Source: Tubiluchus corallicola (taxonomy: Eukaryota; Animalia; Priapulida). From it: a stretch of DNA of 64,000 nucleotides. Positions within the stretch are counted from its first letter, which is position 1, and every line of letters starts with the position of its first letter. The DNA lies in NCBI GenBank assembly GCA_030141605.1, contig JAQGDQ010000043.1, positions 558,001-622,000 of the forward strand, written 5' to 3'. A model generated the notes under the pieces. It had not been told where the DNA came from and made no database searches. It saw nothing but the letters and a program-made list of their open reading frames with translations. Made by a program: the position numbers and the translations under genes. Of this stretch, positions 1-13,560 are shown in pieces.

Positions 1-425
1 TAATCAAAAACTATAATGTATTTTCGAACATAGCGGCCAGCCAAATGCGTAAAACAGATTATTCAAATCAAGAATGGTGCTAAATTTCTACCCCACATGT
101 TTTTATCATCAAAGACTTTATAGCTGAAGTTGCTCGTAATGCTGTCAAAAGAAACGAATTTGCCTGCGCTGTAGTTTTCACTAAGCCAGACACAAAGGAA
201 AAGTTTCGCTAATACCATCCCCAAATATTGCGCGGCTTATTCTAAAAACTGATATTTGTTATAGACTATAGGCGACGCGTAATAAAACGGATTTGAAAAT
301 TGGTGTAATCTAGTTTAAGCGTTTGGCTACAATGCGTGCTTAATCGACGGCTGCATTTGCTCGAATGGGCTACATGTGCACACGGATTACCGTGGCTCCA
401 CCTATTTTGTCATTTACTTGTGCAA

Positions 426-610
426 ATGGTCGGTGTATACGTTGTCTTCAAGTGCTTCAACCGTTCTAAGCTTGTTGATGCAAACTTCTATAATTGAACA
501 AACAAAAGAAATGTGCTGCTGATAATGGGGCGGCAGAAGACCGCTGGAGGCCAGTTTATTTCGCTATTACGACGAATTATTAGCCTGCTTGGAAACAGTT
601 CGTGGGGCGA
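426..610 (+). pseudogene. Possible degenerate THAP zinc-finger relic (DNA-transposon derived)
   Basis: Reads MVGVYVVFKCFNRSK...FY, then with stops and frameshifts an RR..W-like stretch and a C.K.FVG-like end, roughly matching THAP spacing. Heavily decayed. Confidence 0.25.
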
Positions 611-2600
611 TTGCCATTGTTGCCGCTCTACGGACAGATGGCACACTTGTTGAAACCACTCTATTAATTCACAATTCAGCGAAAATTTAGCGTGGTACGC
701 AGAACAGATACAAGCACGTGAAGTGAAATCTATGCATTGCTCATTTCTTTATATGTTACCATGGTCGATTACTTGAGGGAAAAGAATGAAGCATTATTGC
801 CAAACACTTGTCTAGTAATTGATCACTAAAGCTGATAAGATACATTCGCGATAAATTTATTTAATCAACGAAAAAGCAATAAATTCAACACCGTTGATGT
901 AAAGAAGAATTTTTGTCAAATTCGAATTCAAAAAGTACCTCGAAAAAGTACATTTTAAGAAAATACCGCAACTAATTTTAATCAAAGTTTACGTAACTCT
1001 TTTCATGTTTTTTTTTCCATTTTGTTAGCAGTAACGATTGTTTAAAAATAGTAAATGACAATTGATGTATATAGTAGAAGCAGTACAATTGTAAATCTGC
1101 AATCGAAGAATGCTGATCATCTGAAATTACGAATACAAGTAAATATTACTGAGGCTGTTCTTATATTCAAATCTTAATCTGTTGCCAAGCAAACAAAGAA
1201 GCATTTGCACTTTCTAAGCGTACACTTTGCTTTCTTATATTCTGTAGAGACGACTTCATCCTTACTGTACGCAGTGAGAAAATTTAATCTCTCATGATCA
1301 AGTGGCTATATCACCCTGCGGCCGCATTTTCATGCACTGAGTCCACGCGACAGAATTAGATTGATTTTTTAGTAGAGTACAGATACTAAATTAAATTTGA
1401 GCCAAGAACAAAAACCGTTTGCTTCAAGAGAAAAAAGAGTTCTAAGCAAAAAAAACCAGAATGATGACCACAATGCGTAGAAGCTCGATGTAATTTGGAT
1501 ATAGTACTAAAGTTTAGTGCCAAAAATACATATTAAAAAATTCTCATACAATAAAAATATTTACTTGTATGCTCTTATACTGAATTATATTAATTTTTAA
1601 AATTTATTGGCCTCACCCACCAAACGGTAATATTGCCTTAACTAAATTGAATAACGGTTTTGCTAGTGGGTCTATATTATTCCTTGCACTGCTTCCTACA
1701 TGACAAGCAAGCTTATAGTTGGCTTCTGGCATTTGTGCTAATTACACCATTGGTGACCAATTTGTAAAATACGTATCACAAATATTCTGTTACCGGTAAT
1801 AATCGGAAACCAATCGTCTTAAAAATGATCTGGAACGGGTGTCCTACTGCGTACGTGATTAGGTCGTAATTTTCTTAGTAAAAAAGACAAAATTGATCGA
1901 TTTGCGAAGCCCCTGAGATCTGAACTTTTCAGGATTCGTTGGAAGCGTTCGCCTTATTTGGATTGTGACATAAAAGTGAATTAAAGTGGAAGGTATGGCC
2001 ACGGGTGTGGCTTCCCAAACACGACAATTAAATTTATCGCTAAACTTTTATAAAATAAATTTTTGCTTTTTCATAATTGTTTTGAGAATTTTCACAATCG
2101 CGCTGCGTAAGTTTAATGTGTCTGGTGGTACTGTATTTATTTTGCGGCACGGAGCGGCAGATATTCAGAAATACAGGTTGCAAAAGCTATTTCAGACCTG
2201 CTGCACTAATAATAATTAGTATCCATTGATAAGAAGGCAAAATTCAGAATGATGAAACTTGCTGAGATATTAGCTGCTTTTTTGGCATCATCACAGTTTT
2301 CAGCGCATTTCAAAATCTCGAATGTTTGCAGTTCACGCGTTTCTACCGCTAAAGTTAGTTAGTACATGCACATTCTCACTGTCCGTTAGCAGCAGAAAGT
2401 GACGGGGGGGGGCAGAAAGTAAAACAACTCGTCATCTGAACGTACATTTTTGGCTCGGCTTGATATCAGCTAGTTTAGTGTGTTTTGCAAGTTCAAGTGC
2501 TGCTTTTATGCCATGTTACCCGGCTTGGTAAACTATGAGGAAGTTCCATTTAAATACACGTTTGGCTGCTTCTTATGCTAAAACTTCTAAGTGCAGAACG

Positions 2601-2650
2601 ATGTCTTCTTCTTTCAAGTTGTTCTTGCTCGCTGTGTGTACTACTCAGTG
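2601..2650 (+). CDS. Candidate signal-peptide first exon of an unidentified secreted protein
   Basis: ATG-SSSFKLFLLAVCTTQ followed by overlapping donor sites GTATGT and GTAAGT. No downstream exons could be linked. Confidence 0.25.
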
Positions 2651-5429
2651 TATGTAAGTCGTCTGAAATGGTAACTTAAGTTTATTGTATCGTTTACAAT
2701 TCTACGGCTTATGTTAAGCCATTACTTATTTAAAATACATTTGCTAACCAGTATATTTTTCTAATGTGTAGCTGATAGTTTAATACAAAATTGTATACTC
2801 ACTACTCATATATAGACAAGCAGGTAAAAGTTTTGTGTAAAACAGGATAGTTGCATCTGTGAAATATGCGCTGTATTTGATAAGTTCAAGCTCAAAGACG
2901 AATTGCAAAATCATAACCTTAAATATTTGAATTGTTTTTATCATACTAAATGATAAATACACGAAATTTAGGTGACAAATTTTCACCTCCACGTAAAATT
3001 TTCACCTGTATGTGTGCGTGCGTGTGTAACTGTGCATTCTTAACGTAGTGTTCGTTTTATGCACTATTCTGTATAAAGCTTTAGTAAACAAACTGGACGA
3101 TGCATCGAAAAACATGCATTTAAAATCAACGAGATTAAATTCTTTACAAAACCATATTAAAATACACATAAAGATGAAATAATATAAAATTTCTATCATA
3201 AAAAATAATAGAAGTGTAGGGATAATAGAAGTGTAGTGGCAATTCATACAGCAGTTAACATTTCAGGGATTCACTGGTACTAATATTCATGCATGGGGTC
3301 ATGCAGGAAGTGATAATCCCTATACCTAAAAATTACTGCAAGTAGATATAAACGTATATTTTAATATTTGATCGTTAGCAAATTTTTTATTTAATGTGTT
3401 TTTAAAATTCTTTTCACTTCAAAAATCAATGAATTTTTTGAAGAAGTGTTTCATGACTCCATTCACATTAAGAAACCAACGTGAATCGTACCCAGTGCAT
3501 TTACTTCCCTTGGATCTGTGAATAACGGCAGTATTAGATATTAAGATAAATATTCTTTACTCAAAATTAAAGGCTATTTCTGACGCATTTTGGTTTTATC
3601 TATTATTTTCGGATTCTTCTGTATTGTGGGGTTCAATCACTTCCTGATACATCTCAGAAGAGTTTATAAAAACCCTGACGATGCAAGACAAGCCGAAGAG
3701 CATAAGCAAATAGTGACTATACTAATGCGCCGTGCTGCCGAGTTTAAAGGAAAAGTACTGTTAAGTTGTTTTGTTCTTTTTCAATATTTTCTTTTTAAAT
3801 TTTCAATATATTTATTATATTGAATTAATAAACTTCTTGTTAAATTAGTACAAATAAACTAATCTAAAAAGTTCATGAGATTTCATTTAAAGCCGTTTTT
3901 ATCAAAGTTTTCTTTTACAATTCGACACTTTACACACTACTCAGTGACACGCCGCCTTCCACACAGATCACTGCGGCAGGAGACACTGGCAAGGCTACGC
4001 TTGGCTACACATATACAAGCACATCCTACTGTTCCTATCTTAACGAAGAGCATGGCCAAGGATAGGAAGATACATGAGATTATTGTCAACTTTAATGACA
4101 AAGAAATTTCGCCTATAGCGATATGGTAAACTCCAATTCTGTTCATTAAGCGCCTTTTAATAATATAATTTATTAGGAAATTTCGTTTATCAAATGTTAC
4201 GCACAAAAATATCTTTAGGTCCAACTTTTAATTTTAGCACAAATTTTAGCTATCTCCTAAAACTGTCAACCTGCAGTTGACATTCAGTTGACAAACTCTA
4301 TTTGCACTTGCACCGTCTCTCAATTTGTTATCGTGTTTAAAAAAAATTATGGTTTAATGTTATTAGCTATTAGCTTAAAATACCTTAATCAATCAAAGAA
4401 AATTAAAAACATCTGATTTGTGCAATTATTTTCATGATCAATGAGCAATTTCTCAGATAGAAACCAATTTGAGAACACGACCACAGGTATGGTATATTGA
4501 AGTACCACGGAAAGTCATTATACCAGAAGTAATTACGCACCATTAGGTAGATTGACCACCCTGATCATAAGAAGGTGTACGCTTTCAATAAACGTGGTCC
4601 ATAGAAACGAAAAAGTAATTATGATTTCTGTAAGAGGATGGTTAATGAACAAGAATTGCTTGCAGCCAACTACCAAAATTAGACAGTCGATCTTTGATTT
4701 CTAAGCTTACAATACATTGTAAAGAATATCAGATTGCAAGCAGCGTAATTACTACACAGCATGCTGATGAATAGGTGAATAAAATAACCCGTAGCTAAAT
4801 AACAAACAAATAAAATTATGCAAAAGAAAATTTAGTCAACAACGTGTGTAGATCACATTGAAATTATAGTAAATGACAATAAAATAAAAAAGAAACTTTC
4901 ATACTGCATTGCTTTATACATGCTCATTAGTGACACGTTAAATAAGCATAGTCATGACGAAACTTCATGGCGATGATTACGCTGATGGCGGTGGTGGTAG
5001 TGATAATGATGGTGGTGATGTTGATGATGATGATGACGATGACGACGATGCCAACATAAAAACCACTGCAATAACGATGACGACCGTGAAATAAAAATGT
5101 TAAGAAATGAGCAACCTACTGATGACGATAATGAAAAAGTGAATTACTGATGGAATAGCTGATTAACTATATGACTGAGTGGATGAATGAATGAGCAAAC
5201 GAATGAATGAAAGCAGGAAGGAAAGAAAGAATCAATCAATTAGTCAATGGACGAGTGCAAGAACATACAAAAACAACGCGCATAAACAAGCCAAAAGTAA
5301 CTAATTAAAAATTAACGGGCAATAATCGAATGAGAGAGTGACAGAAGAAAAAAATAAATGCAGATAAACTTTCATTTTTTACTTTTGTTTACGCTTGTTT
5401 TTTTCTTAGTCAGTTTAACAAGTGCCCTG

Positions 5430-5612
5430 GTGTTGTTATACACGTTATGCAACTTCTTAGGAAAACGCGACACCAACAAGCAAAAATTTGCAGCTCATTA
5501 ATGAATACATGACAAACTATATCGCAATTTGATTCCGCAATTAACGGGAATCGAACGCGTGCCCTCGTGACTTCAACGTCGGAGCTGCAAGACACGCATA
5601 TCCTCGGCTCGT
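5430..5612 (-). mobile_element. tRNA-derived SINE fragment
   Basis: Minus strand carries a Pol III B-box (GTTCGATTCCC) in a degenerate tRNA-like head with no intact cloverleaf. Confidence 0.45.
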
Positions 5613-7355
5613 TCCTCGATTTTAAGATACACATAGTATATAGTTTGCTGAAAACGCTGAGCTACTTATTAATAATTGCAGTTATTGCATAAGATACTAT
5701 TAAAAATTTACAGGAAACGAGAAAAATATTGCAACGTACAACGAAGTGCCATGACACAAAACTTGCAAACGGTGTGCTATAAATAAAAGAAGAAACTACA
5801 AAACCAATTTTATTGTAAGTATCAGATTGGCTTAAGAATTGTAGGAACGGAATGCGTAACATGAAAAATTCCTTATTTATTGTGAAATCCCATAATGTTC
5901 ATGTGAGTGGAGTATTTTGTGGTTTATCTTATAAGCTGGTTCATATTCTATAGAGCTACCACTAGCATATGTTATTCTACAGTATTATAATAATGCCTCA
6001 TTTCTTGCGTAGCAGATAAAATAATAGATGTTGGCGCGTCCAAACTGTGTCGAAATGTAGTGATAAAAGGATTATAAATTAGTAAAAATACGGCAGGCCT
6101 TGATGTACGTGAATGCAAAGTTTAGACAGAACGACAAATTTCAATGCCGCGAACACGCTAACACAGTGACGCATTATTGTGACTTATATAAGCTTTTGTC
6201 ATGAGAAAATTACTGCTGCTGCATTCCATAGAGTTTCTGTTACTGTAGCTAAACGTGGGTGCTGCAATAACTATGAGGATGTGGACTCTTAACCACCCCC
6301 ATACTTACAACATACGGACTTTTCGCCGATTCTCATCAAAAATTACTCAATATTTGTGATGGTTATAGTAAATCTGTGCGAGAGGCTCTTGTAAAAAGAC
6401 ATCGCGGAGTTACGAACATGATAGTTGTAATATTAAACTATGTATTGCAATATTAAATCAGTGCTTATTAAAATAAAATGTAGCGGTTTCCGTTGTGCTT
6501 TTACTGGTATTACTGGCGTTATTGTACTTGGCGTACTGGCAGTAAATTGAATTAGGAAGTTTTTCTGAAAAAAAAATAAATTTTCCATCGACATTTTAAG
6601 CCTGAAAATTAAAAAGTATGAAAAACTGCATACGTTTTTGAAACACAGTAAACTGCGCACCAGTATTATTATAGCATGTATCATGAAATTACTTAAATAC
6701 ATCGACTGTACAAAAGTCAGTTGTTGCGCTAAATATACATCTAAATCATACCTGCTGATTATTTGCATATAAACACGTCATCTGTAGTCCGAAAAAGTAG
6801 CACGGAAATATTAAATAACCTGAAGACTAGAAATGCACACATTTATGGTGTTAGGCTTATTATACAGACAGACATAGCTTCAGATATAATAATCGACATG
6901 GGCGCAGGGCGGAGCTTGCATCAGCTTCAACCACACCCTCTAAAACACATCGATTGCGCTTGACCAATACGAACAGTTAGATATAAATTATTCTTTTCAT
7001 CCTAAATCCAGCTTGAACTACAGAAATGGCTTTGATACGTTTGTGAATAATGTCAAACCGTAGATCTAGTCGGCGCGAAGAAAGAACCAGCTTCAGCGCT
7101 GTTAATTACGCGCTGTAATTTGAGAAAAATAAAAACCATCTGTCTGCAAAAGCTATTGGCTGATTTGGCTCCCTACCGCCTAAAAGCTAATGTGTACATT
7201 ATGAGTTGTATAATATTGTAATGTCTGTTATCGTGCTCATTATTAACATATTTAACCTTGGCGTCATAGTTACCATCATCCACAGCATCACAGACACGGC
7301 CGCCACATTGACTACATAGCTCAAGCAAATATATTTGATATAGTGCTACAATACT

Positions 7356-7432
7356 ATCATCATCATCATCATCGTCGTCGTCGTCGTCGTCATCATCATC
7401 ATCGTCATCGTCATCCTCATCGCCATCATCGT
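7356..7432. repeat. (CAT)n/(CGT)n microsatellite
   Basis: Direct reading of the sequence. Confidence 0.95.
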
Positions 7433-9489
7433 CCTACTCCCGCCATCATCACTTTACCTACTCCTTATGGCCCGGCAGCATATTCTTTTCATCTTGCAGC
7501 AAAGTTTTACGACAATAATCAAACATACATGTTAGGCAAGCAAGTCTCGTGTTTGTTGTAATGTGTATGCATGTACTATAGCTAACTTTGCGCATTTTGC
7601 ATGAAATGGCGTATTTATGCTATTAACACCGCGCTAAAAAAATTTAATGTCATTTTCATATTAAGATCATTAGTTCTTGTTAGTGATAATAGCAGTAATT
7701 TAACTGGGAATTATTTTCTACTGACCTGAAGTTCCTGAGAAGTTGGTTCAATATCGTGCTGTTCCATATTATTGCAATATCACAGACTATAAATTGAGCA
7801 TGCGTAATGGCGTAAAAAGGTCAAGCAAGTAAAATATTCGTTGCTACAGCTTGTGGCTCGACATAGCCTCAGTCTTGTTGCGAGTAGTGAAGGCTTGGAG
7901 TAAAAATTTTTTACTGTACCCCTTCCGGCTCTTGTTGTCCATTTAATCAGCTGTGGTCCCCAAGCGATATCATACGCATGATGAAAATACGAGAGCAATG
8001 CATTGAGGAAAAGCTTAAAAACTTGAGTAGATCAGTTTATAAAATTATCAAGTAAGAGCAACAGTAACGCGGTTTGGCGAAAAAGTTTTCTAGTTTGAGG
8101 ACGCTAAAACGGTCATTTAAACCACTCTTTCACAAAAACTAAACGGGTTATGCAATCAGCTAAAATTCGCCGCGTATTATACTTCCTCGACGAGTTTAAT
8201 ATCTACAGTAAGGTTTATTACTGCTCTGTTCCACTCCGCTGCACGTATTTCAAGTACAGCAACCGACCATTGGAAAAAACAACGTTATAAAAGATACTTT
8301 GTTTAATGATACGCGTCCCTCGGGCGTGGCTGACCAAGAGTTTATCCTTTGAGTGTGATAATCCACAGTCTTACTTTGTTTACTTTCTCAAACTGTCCGA
8401 AGCGTCCAGTTTAAATTCACTCGTATATCACAGGCGATAGTTATGCGTAAACACATAAGTTTTCAAAAAGTTTTAAAATCTTGGAGGCCAAAAGACTTTG
8501 TTTTTCTCAAATAATATTCCTCTAATTGATTATCACGTCTCTCACACGCGTTGTAAACACCAGTAGCAACGCACAGTAGCCCGTACAGTAGCTGCACAGT
8601 ATCAAACGAAATCTCTCTACCTGGGCCGCGCAGAAAGTCAAGCGGACTGATTGTATGAAGTAATCTTTAGATGTGGAGGTATGATCGCTCAAGCGTCTCC
8701 TCCAAACCATCCCAGCAAGGGCGGTGTACATTCCTCGCCGTGTCATCTATCATCTGCTCGGGCGACAGCAAATGATAGAGAGAAAACGTCGTTTAATGAT
8801 ACCCTGTGCTTTGTTGCCTGCTTTAGCCCTTAACAAGAAAATATGGAGTAATTTGGGGCCAGGAATGTAACTTCAAAGTCAAACTTTGACATAGTAATGG
8901 CGTTTATATTTTTAACTGATGCAGGCACAGGTGATATTAAACGAAATTGAGAAAGTGCTGCCAGCAACGTTTTGTTCAACTTGACCTTATTTCAAGCGTG
9001 TGATGGGTTATGAGCGCAGCCTATACAGGTGAAATGGGCGTCTCGAGATGAGAGCACCCACCTGCAACAGGTGTAAACGAAATCTAATTAATGTTTTCAT
9101 CATCGCTGGCTTGATTATTATTTAATCAACCACATGGAATTAATTTGACTTCAGGATGGTTAGTTTTTAGGCCTATTGGTGGATTCTTTAGTTCGAAACA
9201 CTTCCTAGGTGAAAGTAGCAAAATGAATCACAAAATCGCTAAATTTAAATGTTCATTATTTGCCAATGCATATTTTTAGGTTCAGAATAATATAGTTTTA
9301 TTATTTTATTTAAGCTTATAACAATCAAAAGTTCATAACTATAACATGCATACACATTTCTTATATGTAATGAAAGAATACGCAAATTAATTAAATTAAG
9401 TAATCAGTAGATAACGGACCATTAATTGAGCGCGAATTTAAGCCTATAAATCTGCTAAGTTAGCAAAATAACATTATCGAGTGCCGTCA

Positions 9490-9690
9490 ATAAAAAATGA
9501 CGCAAGCCCAACAGGAAGCTTTTTTCACCAAATGTAAATAACAAGCTACAGTTAACTGATAAAGACAATCACTACGTCGTCTTGTTTTTATGACTTTCCA
9601 GGTAGAACAATAAGAGGAACGGTGACAAACCGCGGTATCGAACCCGTAAACTTTCATATAGAAAGCCAACGATTTCGTTTATTATACCGC
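9490..9690 (-). mobile_element. tRNA-derived SINE fragment
   Basis: Minus-strand B-box GGTTCGATACC with a decayed tRNA-like head. Confidence 0.45.
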
Positions 9691-12600
9691 CTGATTTATT
9701 GTCATTTGATGTGTGATAGTTGCATGTGGCGGTGGTTCTTTCATACATTTTTCACTGTTAAACTGTTGTGAAAAAGTTTAAAAAACTGTTGTCAGTGGGG
9801 GGATTGGGGCACCAGCTTTAACCATGTAATTCAAATGTTTACACATTTCTTCTTGCTTAGACATGTGTTTTTATAGTTAAATAATAAATTTTCTGATTTA
9901 TGATGTTCTCCAGTCTTTTATTGGCACTGCTTCCACATAAGACTTGTATTTTTTATTACAAAACGTTAAATAATTGACAGTGTTTGTTCTGTAACTGTAA
10001 CACCTCATCTTACAAAGCGTAATTTATAGTTTGGAAGCGAGACGGTGATGATATCCATGCCGAGCTATTTGGACAGCTTGCATACAAGTGTTTTACGCTA
10101 CTGAAGCACCGCTGATCAGTGTAAATAAATAGTGGACAGTGTTACATCTACTACACGTGCACATCCACTGCTATCAGAATTATAATCTAAAACCTTAAAA
10201 GCCCTATAAAGCATCTGATAGGAAAGGCGCATAAATAAAAATTCAACTTTTAGTTGGACGATTAGCATGCAAAACCAATTTACACTTCCTTTTACCGAAA
10301 AGTTCTTACATGCCAACTCTATCAGTCTTGAACTTGGCCACGCCTAAATGGCATGTGTAAACCAATCACCTTGCGACAAGACAACAATTCTTTCAACACG
10401 CCACTCTTCCCATTTTCGCATAGTTGACAAAATAAATTTCCCACTTGAGGTACGAATGACACCCTGGTAAGTACAACAGTACATAATCAACTATCTGTTT
10501 CTATTTCTTTTTTTCGAAGTTTTTATAAACACAATTTTTAGCGAAATCATTCACTCCTGAAGCGAAGCAAATATTAAACTAGAAGTTAGCGATAGTTAAT
10601 ATTCCAGCTAATTGTTTAATTGTTACTGACAAAGTTATGCAACTGCGTACAAAAACAACCGAGCTCCGTTTTGATCATAATCAGTGGCGTAACAATTTGA
10701 AACTAAATGCATATTGAACGAAATCTTAGGCTAACAAATACTCTTGTCCCCTTCTAAATCTTCGGGGAGGGAAAAGTGTAAAACTATTAAGAAAACTGAC
10801 CTTTGATATTAAGACCAAGATCGTCGAGTATACCACGAACATTTGTTAATCCTTAGGTTAAAAAGTTTTCCAAGTTCACTTGTCAAACTATTTGCAGTTT
10901 TGCCCACATGCTACAAATGTATCTGGTTGCTATGAACATGAGTTCACAACTGTTTCTCCGTATCATCCTCTTCCATTTCGCATTACTTCACCATAAGGAA
11001 AAGTAAACCAAAGATTTTAATAATAGAATAAAAAACCATTTAAACGAGATCCGAGTTACAGTAATAGATTATTTATATAAAAAGGACAAAGCGATTGGGC
11101 AACTTCTATTACTGCAGACTTTCATAGAAATTTCAATTTTCTTGTGTGCGGTAATGCAGAAAAACAGCCAATTGAATGAGGAGTTCAGAAATAATTTTAG
11201 TGAAGACACATCGCGGCGGCTCCATATTGGTTATATTAGTCAATATAACACCGCCGGCATCCTCTTATTTTCTAGCTAATAGCTTACTCACAACTTCACA
11301 AAAATCATTGGGATTTGGACGCCTTAAAGTAGCTCAGAAACAAGCATTTTCACATGCGAGTGGATTTAAACCGTGAGTCGACATCAGTAATTCAACTTGC
11401 AGGAAAAGATATTCACTGCATGCCCTGTCCCGTGCCCTAAGGCGTAACGGTGTCTTAAATGTCTTATCTGGATGCATGTAAAGTGTAATAGTTTGTGTTT
11501 TATAATAGGACAGCCTTGCTGATAATTCAGAGAGAAACACTCCAGCGGCTGAGCTCATCAAAAACATAACAACTGGATTTCAGTAAAAACTGAGATCCCA
11601 TGCAGAGTTAGAACAGTTAGCATTACTTTATAGATCTATTTATAATTCCATTCCAAACGAAATAAATGCCAAAAAATATGTAAAAATTATTTCGTTAGTT
11701 TAATAGATCACGAATCAATGAAGCAAAGTAAGATAGAAGGGATCGAATAGCAAATGGAATGGAATAAAATGTGGAGTGGAATGGAACGCGATGGGACAGG
11801 ACAGGGCAGAATAGAAGAGAATACTATTTTTGTTAGTTTTCACTTAACAGGACCTATGCACTGTAAAGCCAAATCAAAATAGAATGGAAATGAGAAAATG
11901 AATTGATAGAATCAAACAAAACAGGACAGGGTAGGACAGATTAAGACAAAATAAACCAACATTCCAGTGTTCCAGGCAAAGCAGAACGATCAGAACTAAG
12001 TAAAACAGTCTAAACGCAAGAGAACATGAACAGCAAAGTAAATTACCATTAATCAAGTTTATTAAGTTATGTGATGTGGGCTTGTGTTAAATTTGTACTT
12101 GTTTTAATCCTTAAACGATGTTGTTGTAGAAGCCAATAATTGAGCGCTCATGGGAAAACGAATTGTTAAGTTAAAAAGTAAAATGCTGTCACGTACGTAC
12201 AACTAAATGAAACTTTGCAGTTTGTACTAAACAGGTTGATAATTGTGTTGGAATACATATAACCATGTCTTTGCTTAAGTGGATGCTGGCTTTTATTTTT
12301 ATCTTATAAATTTTAATGTACATGTCTTATGTACAAGTTGACAAAATCTCATAATAATACTTTTTCTGTTCCGTAGTCGTTATGGTTATGTACAAAAGGG
12401 CTAGATAAGTTTATGCTTACATTATAATGTTTTACTAATGTTTGGTGGCGTGCAGAAAGCTTGAGCCTTGACTCGTCTTTAACAAGCAAAACTTTCGCTA
12501 AAGACTTAACACGACTCCGAGGCCATTTCTTATAATAAACTCTGGTCCTGTTATTGTTCACAAAGGCAGAAATAAAGGTTTTCGACGTTGAATCAGATAT

Positions 12601-13400
12601 TATGTATAACCAAAAACTGTTTACGGAGATTTCAATCAGAAAAATAGCAAATCAGCAAAAACCGGTTTTCCAAGCAGCATTTTAATCTTTTGCAACTTCT
12701 TGTTGCCTGTCTATAAATCCAATAAATCAATGTAGCGAGAGCGTTTATGTTATAACTGTGACAGGGCAGAATGCGATTTTCAAGTCATTCATTTTGTTCG
12801 TATGACATAAACGTTTAACTTAGACGTAGCCGCATTAATATGGCAAAATAAGCGAAAAGAAAACAATTTAAATTCCTGTTCATTTTTGCGAATGTAATAG
12901 TAAGTACTCGTTGGTCCTTCGTAGAATGAAAACTTTAGATTTAATTACTTATAAATATGTAACAGGGCTGCGTCAATTAATCGGTACTAATAGACTGCCC
13001 ATAATCAGGGCGTGGAAACAGGCATACCCGTGGCTAAGTCCTCCGTATCCTCCGATACCATGGCTGAGTTTTTGAATAGTTGGGGTCCAAGTTTCCGACG
13101 AAGAAGTGTAATTTTTCAATTAAGATATTTTTTCTGGTATTTGTGGGCCTGAATTAGTTTGGACTGTAAAGTTTTAAAGTTGGCCTAGGCCCTGCACTGT
13201 CTTAATCCCAATCTCGACATACAGTAAAAATAGCAGTGGAGCCCATGTTTAAACTTTTGGTGGGATGCCTTAAACGCCTTAAACCAGGGATTGTAAGCAG
13301 GAGTGCCCCGAAACACAAAGTAACAGCTAAACCATATTCATAGCCACTGAAAAATATACGTATAATATAGAAATTATAATTTAGTTAATAAGAGCTAATA

Positions 13401-13560
<160 letters not shown>

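Noticed and set aside
3674-3700. Hammerhead-like CTGACGA...GAA motif, and a similar one at 56773-56800 (-)
   Set aside because: Cores and stems are too degenerate. They may be Penelope-like remnants but are not supportable.
5530-5612. Functional tRNA genes here, at 9610-9690 and at 44880-44956
   Set aside because: B-boxes are present but no acceptor or anticodon stems form; better explained as SINE heads.
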